64,000 bases of DNA from an uncultured Gammaproteobacteria bacterium (GTDB taxonomy: Bacteria; Pseudomonadota; Gammaproteobacteria; DRLM01): contig CAVSNY010000007.1 in NCBI GenBank assembly GCA_963729605.1, positions 1,056,001 through 1,120,000 on the forward strand, given 5' to 3'. Below, in pieces: positions 9,584 to 19,447 of the stretch. Made by a program: the position numbers and the translations under genes. Every line of letters begins with the position of its first letter. The stretch's first letter is position 1. The notes under the pieces are model-generated. The model saw only the letters and a program-made list of their open reading frames with translations, had not been told where the DNA came from and made no database searches.

Positions 9584-10435
9584 TCATGCTGCAATCGCAG
9601 CATGACGGCGGTATTGCCTGTAGTAGTTTGCCTCAGCTTCTGCTGGAGGGATATACCCCAGAGGCTCTAATAGCCGGTGGTGGTTAAACCACGAGACCCA
9701 TTCCAGGGTCGCCAGCTCCACGGATTCCCGGGTTTTCCAGGGTCCCCGACGATGGATCAGCTCGGCCTTGTACAGCCCGTTGATCGTCTCGGCCAATGCG
9801 TTATCGTAGCTGTCGCCCTTGCTGCCGACCGAAGGCTCGATGCCGGCCTCGGCCAGTCGCTCGGTGTAGCGGATCGAGACGTATTGCGAGCCCCTGTCGC
9901 TGTGATGGATCAGGGCATCCTCTGGTTCGGGCTGCCGGGCGTACAGAGCTTGCTCCAGTGCGTCGAGCACGAAGTCCGTGGCCATGGTGCGGCTGACCCG
10001 CCAACCGACGATGCGCCGGGCGAAGACATCAATGACGAAGGCCACATACAGCCAGCCCTGCCAGGTCGACACATACGTGAAATCCGACACCCAGAGCTGG
10101 TTGGGCCTGTCCGCCTTGAACTGTCGATTGACCCGGTCCAGCGGGCGTGGCGCCGAGTGGTCAGGCACGGTGGTGCGAACCGCCTTGCCACGGCGCACAC
10201 CCTGCAGGCCCAGGCGCTTCATCAGACGCTCGACCGTACAACGGGCCACCTCGATGCCCTCGCGGTTCAGCTGCCGCCAGACTTTGTCGGCGCCGTACAC
10301 CTGCAGGTGGGTGTGCCAGACACGCTGAATATGCGACATCAATACCTCATCGCGCTTGGCCCGGGCGCTGCGCAGATCCGGATCGCGCCGCCGGGCCGCA
10401 TGGCGCCGGTAGGCCGATGGGGCAACCTGCAACAC
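9584..10435 (-). CDS. IS3 transposase OrfB
   Basis: WVSDFTYV, HSDRGSQY, GDSYDNALAETINGLYKAE; the coding frame probably extends to the orfA overlap near 10490. Confidence 0.95.
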   Translation of the reverse strand: MLQVAPSAYRRHAARRRDPDLRSARAKRDEVLMSHIQRVWHTHLQVYGADKVWRQLNREGIEVARCTVERLMKRLGLQGVRRGKAVRTTVPDHSAPRPLDRVNRQFKADRPNQLWVSDFTYVSTWQGWLYVAFVIDVFARRIVGWRVSRTMATDFVLDALEQALYARQPEPEDALIHHSDRGSQYVSIRYTERLAEAGIEPSVGSKGDSYDNALAETINGLYKAELIHRRGPWKTRESVELATLEWVSWFNHHRLLEPLGYIPPAEAEANYYRQYRRHAAIAA

Positions 10436-10488
10436 CTTGCAGATCGGCTCGACCCCATAAGCATCCCGGTGCTGGTCGATGTAGGTAT

Positions 10489-10812
10489 TTACGACTTCAG
10501 TTTGCGGTCGAGCTCCGCCTGTGCGAAAAAAGCGCTGGCGGTACGCAGTATCTCATTGGCGCGCCGCAACTCCTTGTTCTCGCGCTCCAGCTCCTTGATG
10601 CGCTGTGTCTCGGACGTGGTCGTGCCAGGACGCGCTCCGGCATCGGCCTCCGTACGCTTAACCCACTCCAGCAGCGTCCCGGGTACACAGCCAATCTTCG
10701 GGGCGATCGACTCCACGGCCATCCACAACGACGGGTATTCCCCGCGATGCTCCTGCACCATTCGAACCGCACGTTCACGGACTTCAGGTGAAAACTTGTT
10801 CGACTTTTTCAT
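10489..10812 (-). CDS. IS3 transposase OrfA
   Basis: [36 protein letters not shown]. Confidence 0.95.
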   Translation of the reverse strand: MKKSNKFSPEVRERAVRMVQEHRGEYPSLWMAVESIAPKIGCVPGTLLEWVKRTEADAGARPGTTTSETQRIKELERENKELRRANEILRTASAFFAQAELDRKLKS

Positions 10813-10989
10813 GGCTCCATTCTCTCAAATGTTGGAGCCTCCTCAAAACCCGGGGCGGTTCAAAGCGCCAACCCTTGCCCGGAGGAGTGACTATAAAAAA
10901 TCCGGGCTCGTCGTACAACCTTGGCAGCTTCCGGCCGGGTTTGGCGTTGCGTATCAAGTTCGCGTAGGGTGGATGCGTGAAGCGCGATC

Positions 10990-11183
10990 CGCTGGAGAAG
11001 CATAAAACTGTAAAAGAGGTGGCCGCAAAGATTTCTCAGGCTTTTAGAAGTGAAGTTGCACATGGAGAAAATGGAAATATCTTTTCCTATAAGATGTACT
11101 CCGAAGGGGAAGAACGTCATGCCATTGTTATGACGTTTTATGAAGGCTTTGAAATTACAGTGATCTTGCAAAGTAACATATAG
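10990..11183 (+). pseudogene. 5'-truncated AT-rich cassette-like ORF remnant
   Basis: AT-rich frame EKHKTVKEV..ILQSNI* whose 5' end abuts a REP half (GTAGGGTGGATG, ~10964) and whose stop overlaps a degenerate attC. Confidence 0.45.
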
Positions 11184-11242
11184 CACGTCGCTTCAGCCGA
11201 CGCCGGTGCTAATCACCTCCTCGGCTGAGCTTGGCGTTCACA
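11178..11242 (+). other. Degenerate attC site
   Basis: ATATAGC-ACGTCGCTTCAGCCGA ... TCGGCTGAGCTTGGC-GTT: attC-type L boxes are present but both R boxes are mutated. Confidence 0.55.
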
Positions 11243-11296
11243 AGAGCCGAACTATCACGTTTAGGCTTTTATTCTACGCAATCCATGGGAGGATTT

Positions 11297-11656
11297 ATGC
11301 ACTACGTTGATGGATTCGTCATTCCGATACCGAAGAAGAATATACCGGCCTACCGCCGCATCGCCCGCAAGGCGGGGAGGATTTGGCGCGAGTACGGCGC
11401 GCTCGAATATCGGGAGTGCGTCGGAGAGGATCTTGATGCGAAGATGTTGGTTCCGTTTCCACGCAGCGTCAAATGCAAACCCGGCGAGACGGTGGTTTTT
11501 GCGTGGATTATGTTCAAGTCACGGGCGCATCGCGATCGCGTGAATGCCAAGGTGATGCAGGATCCGCGTCTCGCGAAGATGATGGAGGGAGTGGCCATGC
11601 CCTTCGACGTCAAGCGCATGGTCTATGGTGGGTTCAAGACCATGGTTTACCTTTGA
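11297..11656 (+). CDS. DUF1428 (YbaA-like) family protein
   Basis: YVDGFVIPIP..EYRECVGED..HRDRVNAKVMQDPR..MPFDVKRMVYGGF; RBS GGAGGA before ATG 11297. Confidence 0.88.
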   Translation: MHYVDGFVIPIPKKNIPAYRRIARKAGRIWREYGALEYRECVGEDLDAKMLVPFPRSVKCKPGETVVFAWIMFKSRAHRDRVNAKVMQDPRLAKMMEGVAMPFDVKRMVYGGFKTMVYL

Positions 11657-11864
11657 TCATGGAATAAGCGAAAGTGTGAACGGGGCCGTGTCCATGCAAC
11701 ACGCGCGCCCGTTAACCCGCCGCGAATTGCCCGGCGGTTTTTGACGACATTGCGGCGCCGACTCGTCGCGAAGCCGCTCTGTGTTCATCCGCTCGTTGAC
11801 GGAATTTTTCTGAAGGATGTTGTAATCGACGGCGTCGTTCTGCCGATTCCCTCGCCCTATGCAG

Positions 11865-11983
11865 GTGGGTTAGGCCAAAGGCCGTAACCCACCAACACGT
11901 CGCGTAGCGACTCATCGATCAATCTTTATAAGGAGCGCCTGACGGCGCGGGTGGTGGGTTACGCTGCGCTAACCCACCCTACA
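11865..11983. repeat. GTAG-type REP doublet
   Basis: GGTGGGTTAGGCC..CGTAACCCACC ... GGTGGGTTACGCTGCGCTAACCCACCCTAC with the shared spacer (GCGACTC, GCGCCTGACGGCGCG). Confidence 0.85.
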
Positions 11984-12022
11984 TTGATTTTGGGCGGGCG
12001 GTTTTGAGATGGCGATGTCGGA

Positions 12023-13582
12023 TTAACCGGCGGGCTTCTGCGCCAACATCCGCGCGAGCGGCCGCACCAGCAAGGCCATCGCGACGGTGGCGAGCAAGGC
12101 GATGGCGGTGATCGCGGTAAACAGCGTCGGCAGGGCGAAGGATTCATACAAACTCGCGATCTGTCCGCCGAGATAATTGCCCACTGAGGTGGCGAGGAAC
12201 CAGGCGCCCATCATCAGCCCCGCGATGCGCGCGGGCGCGAGTCTGGTCATCGCGCTCAGGCCGATCGGACTCAGGCACAATTCACCCAGGGTGTGCAGCA
12301 GGTAAACGATGGCCAACCAGAGCGGGCTGACCCGCACGCCCGCTTCCGCTAGTTGCGCCGCCACGGCGAGTACGCCGAAACCCGCCGCCGCGAAGAAGAG
12401 GCCGATGGCGAATTTGGCGGGACTGGAAGGATCTTTCGCGCCTAGCTTCAACCACAGCCAGGCGAACAGCGGCGCGAGCAGGATGATGTAAAGCGAATTG
12501 AGCGACTGCCACCAGCTCGAAGGGAATGAGAAGCCGAAAATTGCATTGTCGGTATTGCGCTGGGCGAACAGATTCAAGGTGGAGCCCGCCTGTTCGAATA
12601 AAGACCAGAACACACTGGCGCCCACAAAGAGCACGGCGATGGCGATGAGTTGTTTGCGCTCCGTGGCGGTCCACGTCCCCGCCCGGAACAGCCATACGAA
12701 AAAGCCCAAGGTCACCACCAATAATAAATAACCGAAACCGGTGGTGACGGTCATCGCGCTGATCCGGCCGCTGGACGCCAGCCCGGCGATGACGATCAGC
12801 GCCGCGACGATGGCGGTTACGAGGAGATAAAGGCGTGTGCGCAAACGCGCCTCCGCCGCGGCATTTTCCACGTGCGGCGGACGCCATTCCTGCTCGTCCA
12901 TGTCGCGCCAACCTTTCAAATACCACACCAGGCCGATCGCCATGCCGACCGCCGCCGCGGCGAAGCCCCAATGCCAGGAAGTTTCGGGCGCGATACCCCA
13001 GCCGGCCAATGTCGCTTTGAAGCCTTCGCTTTGCGCCAGCCAACCGGTGACCAGCGGCGCCAGAAACGCGCCGAGGTTGATGCCGAGATAATAGAGTGAG
13101 AATCCGGCGTCGCGCCGCCGGTCGTCGGGCGCGTACAACTGGCCCACCATGAGGCTGATGTTGGGCTTGAGCAGGCCCGTGCCGATGACGATCAAACCCA
13201 GGCCAAAATAAAATGTGGCGAGTCCCGGTATCGCCAGGCTGATATGGCCGCACATGATGGCGATGCCGCCGTACAAGGTCGCCTTGCGCGGGCCGATGAA
13301 ACGGTCGGCGAACCAGCCGCCGGGCAGGGCGAGCAAGTACACCAGGGAGGTATAAGTGCCGTAGATCATGCCGGCCTGCGCGGTGTCCATGCCGAGGCCG
13401 CCGGCGACGACCGGCGCCGTCATGAACAGAATCAGCAGCGCGCGCATGCCGTAATAGCTGAAGCGTTCCCAGAATTCGGTAAAGAACAGCGTGCGCAGAC
13501 CGCCGGGGTGGCCGAAGAACGCCTGGTTGGACTGCTGTGGTTTCACCGGCAATAAGACCTTGGGGTTGCTATTCGCCGCCAA
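12023..13582 (-). CDS. Proton-dependent oligopeptide transporter (POT/PTR, MFS)
   Basis: EFWERFSYYG (ExxERFxYY), GTGLLKPNIS, FSLYYLGINLGA, GELCLSPIGLS; start codon uncertain. Confidence 0.93.
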   Translation of the reverse strand: MAANSNPKVLLPVKPQQSNQAFFGHPGGLRTLFFTEFWERFSYYGMRALLILFMTAPVVAGGLGMDTAQAGMIYGTYTSLVYLLALPGGWFADRFIGPRKATLYGGIAIMCGHISLAIPGLATFYFGLGLIVIGTGLLKPNISLMVGQLYAPDDRRRDAGFSLYYLGINLGAFLAPLVTGWLAQSEGFKATLAGWGIAPETSWHWGFAAAAVGMAIGLVWYLKGWRDMDEQEWRPPHVENAAAEARLRTRLYLLVTAIVAALIVIAGLASSGRISAMTVTTGFGYLLLVVTLGFFVWLFRAGTWTATERKQLIAIAVLFVGASVFWSLFEQAGSTLNLFAQRNTDNAIFGFSFPSSWWQSLNSLYIILLAPLFAWLWLKLGAKDPSSPAKFAIGLFFAAAGFGVLAVAAQLAEAGVRVSPLWLAIVYLLHTLGELCLSPIGLSAMTRLAPARIAGLMMGAWFLATSVGNYLGGQIASLYESFALPTLFTAITAIALLATVAMALLVRPLARMLAQKPAG

Positions 13583-13860
13583 ACAGGATGCGCTGCCTAT
13601 CCTGAGAAAATGGGTCGTTGCGCGCTCTTCTTGTGGAAATTATCACACTTGCCGTACCCGAGAAATCACGGACTGTTGGAGCGCAGGAATGATGGGGACA
13701 TGGCGGGGTTTTATCGCGCGGATGAGTGATCCCAATACCCAATATCGGCGCCGCCGTTTGGGGTTTCCGCTGGTATCGGTAAAAGGTCCGCCGCGATCGA
13801 TGTTGGCTTCATGAGCCTGACCGTCATACCCATAAAATGCAGAGGTATTCGCGTCGATGT

Positions 13861-13935
13861 TGTTTACAGTTATTCTCGGATAAAAATTTAAGCAATTGAA
13901 TTTAATAATTATTAATACTAGGCACGAGGTTTGCT
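13861..13935 (+). promoter_or_regulatory. sigma54 promoter with upstream TTTACA enhancer-like motif and AT-rich spacer
   Basis: GGCACG-AGGT-TTGC at 13921-13934 (-24/-12); TGTTTACA at 13861-13868; arrangement typical of PEP-CTERM genes. Confidence 0.7.
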
Positions 13936-14001
13936 AGATTGAGGACAGACCTGCATTAACTTTTTTCTCGGGATAAAAACATGAAGTTTAGAAAAATCGA
14001 C

Positions 14002-14604
14002 ATGAAGCTCAATCTTATCGCCGCCGCCATCTTGTCTCTCGGATGCATAGCCGGGAGTGCCAATGCCTCGGTTCTGTATTCGCAAACTTACGCCGGCGCT
14101 CCGGACGGAGACCCGTGGTGCACGTCTTGCGGCGGTGCGTTCCGCGTCTTTGATCAATTCACGCTCGGTTCCGCCGCGTCGATTGGCGAAGTCGATTTTT
14201 CTATCGTCAATTGGTATGGCAGTAACTATAACCTGCAAGTGGGGATTTGGGAGACCGATCATACGACGAATCTCTATTTGAACACCTTCGCCCCCGGCGA
14301 CTATACGCTGGTCAACAATGTGGCACTCGGGTACTACACGGCGACCGTTGATCTGGGCGGCGTGGCGCTCGCGGCAGGCACCTACACGATGTCTTGGTGG
14401 GATGCCACTAACATGGCTATCGCATCTTGGATCGGCGCGCCGGGTAACTTGTATCAAGAAGGTGTTGGATTCCATTTGGGACAAAACGCGCAATTTACCA
14501 TTCGTGGCGTCGAAGCAGGAACGGTTCCCGAACCCGAGAGCCTTGCCCTGCTCGGCCTTGGGCTGCTCGGTCTGGCCGCTGTCCGCCGTCGCAAGACTGT
14601 TTAA
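14002..14604 (+). CDS. PEP-CTERM sorting-domain protein
   Basis: Signal peptide (..GSANA) and C-terminal VPEPESLALLGLGLLGLAAVRRRK; alternative start at 13981. Confidence 0.92.
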   Translation: MKLNLIAAAILSLGCIAGSANASVLYSQTYAGAPDGDPWCTSCGGAFRVFDQFTLGSAASIGEVDFSIVNWYGSNYNLQVGIWETDHTTNLYLNTFAPGDYTLVNNVALGYYTATVDLGGVALAAGTYTMSWWDATNMAIASWIGAPGNLYQEGVGFHLGQNAQFTIRGVEAGTVPEPESLALLGLGLLGLAAVRRRKTV

Positions 14605-14622
14605 TCCGCAAGGCTGTTTGGT

Positions 14623-14657
14623 AAAAAAAGGCGACTCCAGAGGGGTCGCCTTTTTTA
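14623..14657. terminator. Bidirectional rho-independent terminator
   Basis: AAAAAAAGGCGAC..GTCGCCTTTTTT between convergent genes. Confidence 0.85.
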
Positions 14658-14668
14658 TTGCGTGCGGA

Positions 14669-15085
14669 TCAACCGGCATTGCGTATCTCAAGCGCGGCGC
14701 CGCAGGTCGCGCAGTATTTCCAGAAGGTCGGGTAGTCATCGCGGGACAGTTCGATGTGGAGGGGATTCATGCAAGCCGGACATTGGCCCGCCACCGCGGC
14801 GCTGATGGTGCGCATACGCCAGCAGACGTAGATTTCGTAAGGGACGAACAGCAGAAAAAAGAGGCCGTAAAAAAGCGCTTCGCCGGGGAAGATCATCAGG
14901 CCGAAGCCCAATAATAAAAACTTGCCGGATTCTTTGATGCTGATCAGCAAGCGGCCCAGGGCGCCGTAAACGGTGTAATGATAGGTTCCCGGCAGTTGCT
15001 TTTCGAGCAAGGTGGATTTGATCCATACCGGTTTATTGCCGGGTTTGCCTGAGAAGAGGGTTCGCATACGGTAATCACTTACCAA
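14669..15085 (-). CDS. Small membrane protein with C-terminal CxxC..CxxC zinc-ribbon-like motif
   Basis: Hydrophobic segments followed by CPAC..CATC; converges on the terminator; start uncertain. Confidence 0.55.
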   Translation of the reverse strand: MVSDYRMRTLFSGKPGNKPVWIKSTLLEKQLPGTYHYTVYGALGRLLISIKESGKFLLLGFGLMIFPGEALFYGLFFLLFVPYEIYVCWRMRTISAAVAGQCPACMNPLHIELSRDDYPTFWKYCATCGAALEIRNAG

Positions 15086-15406
15086 AAAAGCCGCGTCGCT
15101 CCGACTATATACACTATCGGAAATGCGGGGTAGGTGACGGCCGGCAGACGGCGGCGCAGTCTCGTCCGCGGTGCCGGCGATGAAGCTTGCGAAGGTCAGG
15201 CGACGACGATGGATTGTTTGAACTCGGCAAGCCGCGTGGAAGACAGGTTACGCGGCGCTCACTCACCCTATATTGATTAACGGGGGCAGGACGCAACGAA
15301 TGACGCGCTTTGATTGCATGTCGCCCACCCCCTCCCGGCACGGGGAGGGGGAAGACAGAAGTGTATTGGGAAAAATAATTTCCAATCGGTTGCCCCCGCG
15401 GCCCCG

Positions 15407-15505
15407 TCAGCCCTGCTTTTTGGACTTCTTCTCCGCCCTTTTTTCCTTGAGGGATTTGGCCGGCTTTTTCTTGGCTTCCTTTTTCGCGTCTTGGCCCTTG
15501 CTCAT
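15407..15505 (-). CDS. 32-aa Lys-rich small protein
   Basis: MSKGQDAKKEAKKKPAKSLKEKRAEKKSKKQG*, preceded by RBS AAAGGAG. Confidence 0.7.
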   Translation of the reverse strand: MSKGQDAKKEAKKKPAKSLKEKRAEKKSKKQG

Positions 15506-15610
15506 GCTCTCGGCTCCTTTAGGTTGAGATTGGTGATGATCCAGACTACGAAGTATACCGTTTTGCCGGTTCTTGTCAGCCCGTTTTCAGCACGCGGCAT
15601 AGCGGGGAAT

Positions 15611-17413
15611 TCACCGCGGGCCCGCTTGCCCAGCGTCCTTGTCCTGCGAGGCGGCGTCCGCCTCGAAGAGGTCCTGTAATGCCTCCGCCGCGCCCTTCAC
15701 GCTTTGGATCAATTGCGTCTCGTCGTGATGGAAAGCGTGTTGCTTGAGCAGGGCCGCCTCGTCGTGGACGCGGAATTTTTCGATGGATTCGACGACCTCG
15801 TTTTTCGGCAGCCCCAAACCGCAGAGCACCTGCTCGGCCAGGCGCAGGCTGGAGAAATAGGTCTCGCGTACGAAGACCTTGACCCCGAGGTCCATCAACA
15901 TATGGGCGTGATGACGGTTGCGCGCCCGCGCGTAGATGTCCAGTTTCGGGAAATGGGTCTTCACCAGCTCGGCGATTTTGAGCGAGGCCTCTACGTCGTC
16001 CACCGCCAACACGAAGAGCTTGGCCTGATCGATACGGGCGGCGCGCAGCAGGTCGAGGCGGCTGGCGTCGCCGTAATAAATCTTGCCGCCGTATTTGCGC
16101 ACGAAATCGACTTGAGTCTGGCTGATTTCGAGGGCGGTGAAGGAAATATGCTTGAGCCGCAATAAGCGGCCGATGATTTGCCCGACCCGGCCGAAGCCGG
16201 CGATGATCACCGGATTGCCCGGCTCGTCGATGCGGTCGAACACCGGTTCGGCCGGTCCGTCCAGCCAGGGTTTCAACAGCCTGTCATTGAGCAGGAACAA
16301 CAACGGCGTGGCGGCCATGCTCAGGCTCACCACCAGAATGAGCATCTCGGTCAGGGCGGGCGCGAGGATCTGGTAAGTCGTGGCCGCGGTAAACAGCACG
16401 AAAGCGAATTCGCCCCCCTGCGACAAGACGAAGGCCAGGATGCGCCCGTGCGGCGCCGGCATTTGAAAGGCCCGGGCCAACCCGTACAGCACGAGCCATT
16501 TCATGATCAGCAGACCGCCGACCAGACCCAGCACCGTCCACGGCGCCGAGCCCAGCAGGCCGAGATTGACCGACATGCCCACGGCGATGAAGAACAGGCC
16601 GAGCAACAGGCCCTTGAAGGGCTCGATATTGGCTTCGATTTCATGACAGTATTCGGAGTCGGCCAATAACACGCCGGCCAGAAAGGCGCCCAAGGCCATC
16701 GACAGGCCGGCCATGTCCATCAGCAAGGTGGCGACGATGACCAGCATCAGGCTGGTCGCCGCGAAAATGTCATGGCTGCCGGAGGCGGCCACCCAGCGGA
16801 AGACCGGACGCAGCAGATAACGGCCGCCGATCACCAATACGGCGATGGCCGCCGCGCCGGTGAAAACTTTTTGGACGATGCCGGCATCGCCGCTCTCGGC
16901 CGTGCTCACCCCCAGCAGCGGCAACAAGGCCAGCAGCGGAATGACCGCTAAATCCTGGAACAGCAGGATCGCGAAGGCCGAGCGGCCGTGTGCGGTGCCG
17001 AGCTGTTTTTTCTCGGCGAGGAGTTGCAGCACGAAGGCGGTCGACGACAAGGACAGGCCGAGGCCGACGATGACGGCGCTGGCGAACGGCAGACCCAAAG
17101 CCAGGCCGAGCAGGGTGAGCCCAAGGCCGGTGGCGAGCACTTGCGCGAGACCCATGCCGAAGATCGAACGGCGCAACACCCACAAACGGGAAGGTTGCAA
17201 TTCCAGACCGATGACGAACAGCAGCAGCACCACGCCCAATTCGGCGAAATGCAGAATATTGTCCACATCGGTGATCAGGCCCAGGCACCACGGACCGATG
17301 ATCACGCCGGCCACCAGATAACCCAGCACCGAGCCGAAGCCGAATTTGTTGAAGAGGGTCACCGCGACGATGGCAGCCCCGAGCAGGATGGCGGATTCTT
17401 GCAGGAAATCCAT
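15611..17413 (-). CDS. Kef-type (CPA2) glutathione-regulated K+ efflux protein, KefB/KefC-like
   Basis: HFAELGVVLLLFVIGLEL, multiple TM helices, KTN domain IIAGFGRVGQ..YYGDASRLDLL. Confidence 0.93.
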   Translation of the reverse strand: MDFLQESAILLGAAIVAVTLFNKFGFGSVLGYLVAGVIIGPWCLGLITDVDNILHFAELGVVLLLFVIGLELQPSRLWVLRRSIFGMGLAQVLATGLGLTLLGLALGLPFASAVIVGLGLSLSSTAFVLQLLAEKKQLGTAHGRSAFAILLFQDLAVIPLLALLPLLGVSTAESGDAGIVQKVFTGAAAIAVLVIGGRYLLRPVFRWVAASGSHDIFAATSLMLVIVATLLMDMAGLSMALGAFLAGVLLADSEYCHEIEANIEPFKGLLLGLFFIAVGMSVNLGLLGSAPWTVLGLVGGLLIMKWLVLYGLARAFQMPAPHGRILAFVLSQGGEFAFVLFTAATTYQILAPALTEMLILVVSLSMAATPLLFLLNDRLLKPWLDGPAEPVFDRIDEPGNPVIIAGFGRVGQIIGRLLRLKHISFTALEISQTQVDFVRKYGGKIYYGDASRLDLLRAARIDQAKLFVLAVDDVEASLKIAELVKTHFPKLDIYARARNRHHAHMLMDLGVKVFVRETYFSSLRLAEQVLCGLGLPKNEVVESIEKFRVHDEAALLKQHAFHHDETQLIQSVKGAAEALQDLFEADAASQDKDAGQAGPR

Positions 17414-17624
17414 GGTGCTGGCCTTTGACGGTTATGGCTTAAGATTACCTGGAGTGCATTGGGAGCGCACTATCCCCGAAGCGCCCGAGGTAAGAAAGGG
17501 TGCGCGAGCCGTCAGGACCAGAGCGGGCGATTTTTATGAGACCGGCCTTGGCCGAGCGTGAAGGACGATGAACGATATATCGATGAGCGGGGTGGGAAGT
17601 ACCCCGAATAAAGAGGAGTAGAAC

Positions 17625-18350
<726 letters not shown>

Positions 18351-18556
18351 GTGGAAAAGTATCGGGCGTTAAACCCGCTCAAAGTTCAGTGAGATTGAAT
18401 CGCTTTCAAGCGAAGAGAGGCCCGCGGCGCGGATGGAATGTGATCTTCAATGGTGTGCGTCGTAAAGGCCTTCCGCCGCGATAATTAGCTTCTATTCAAA
18501 CGCGCGGCGGCAAACCCGCTTCCGATCCGCGCACGCCGGGGGACTCGGATCGGCGT

Positions 18557-19102
18557 TCATTCGTCGAGCAGCCGGGTCGGCAGGCCGTCGATGCTGGTCT
18601 GATTCTTTTCCCGCCAATAGTCGGTGATACCTTGCGGCCCTTTTTTCTCGGCCCAGCGCAGCAGGGTGGCGCGTTCGCCGGCGTAGGCGTAGAGCGGCAC
18701 GCCGTAGCCGCAGGAGGTCTGCGCCGATTCCAGCGTCATCACCATGATTTGCCGCGCGCCCGCCAGCGCGGGAAAGTGCCGGGACCAGGCCGGCCACTCG
18801 TCGTCGCGCGGCCGCACCACCCGGCCTTGCCCGTAAAGGCGCAGGATCAACGGCTGATTGTCGAAGCTGCAAAACATCAGTGTGAGGCGGCCGTCGGCGC
18901 GGAGATGGGCGGCGGTCTCGTTGCCGCTGCCGGTGACGTCGAGATAGGCCACCGTTTTGTCGTCGAGACAGCGCAGGCTGTCCATGCCTTTGGGCGAGAG
19001 GTTGATGCGCCCCTCGCCGGTGGCGGTGGCGGTGAAATAGAGGTGTTGCCGCGCGATGAAGTCGCGCAGCTCGTCGTTCAATACGGAATAAAACTTGGCC
19101 AT
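18557..19102 (-). CDS. Pyridoxamine 5'-phosphate oxidase-like FMN-binding protein
   Basis: INLSPKG, TGSGNETAAH, QTSCGYGVP, NQTSIDGLP; start at MAKFY. Confidence 0.88.
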   Translation of the reverse strand: MAKFYSVLNDELRDFIARQHLYFTATATGEGRINLSPKGMDSLRCLDDKTVAYLDVTGSGNETAAHLRADGRLTLMFCSFDNQPLILRLYGQGRVVRPRDDEWPAWSRHFPALAGARQIMVMTLESAQTSCGYGVPLYAYAGERATLLRWAEKKGPQGITDYWREKNQTSIDGLPTRLLDE

Positions 19103-19293
19103 GACGAGGAAACGTGTCCGATTGATCCTCCGCTTATCTTGGCGGACGCCCGCGGCGCTGTCCAATTTCCCGCAGCGCGGCCGTCGCTGAGGTTGTGTTT
19201 CGTCCATTCAGGAACAGAACTCTTCCCGCCTGACGCGCTGGTTTTAAAGGAGGTCGTAAAAAAGGGTGTGCTTCGTCTACTCAGGCACAGAAA

Positions 19294-19341
19294 TCTCGCC
19301 TCCTTGTATAAGGAGGGGTGCCCCGCAGGGGCGGGGTGGTT
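19294..19341. repeat. CCTCCTT..AAGGAGGGG palindromic repeat
   Basis: CCTCCTTGTATAAGGAGGGGTGCCCCGCAGGGGCGGGGTGGT; same family at 46088-46257 and 51138-51450. Confidence 0.75.
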
Positions 19342-19447
19342 GATACGCGAGCGATGAAACAGTTTGCCCTTTCATCGCAGAGCGAATATTCCATTCATTG
19401 CCCAGTGCGACTCCGAGCTGCCGCCGGTTATGGTCCCCGCGTGGGAT

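Larger units (their letters stand above)
9545..10862 (-). mobile_element. IS3-family insertion sequence (IS51-group-like), 1318 bp
   Basis: IRs TGAACCGCCCCG / CGGGGCGGTTCA; 3-bp target duplication AAG (9542-9544, 10863-10865). Confidence 0.95.

Noticed and set aside
10866-10958. Imperfect inverted repeat next to the IS, considered as a riboswitch
   Set aside because: No recognisable aptamer consensus; pairing too loose to call
9677-11005. 442-aa plus-strand ORF
   Set aside because: Antisense of the IS3 transposase genes
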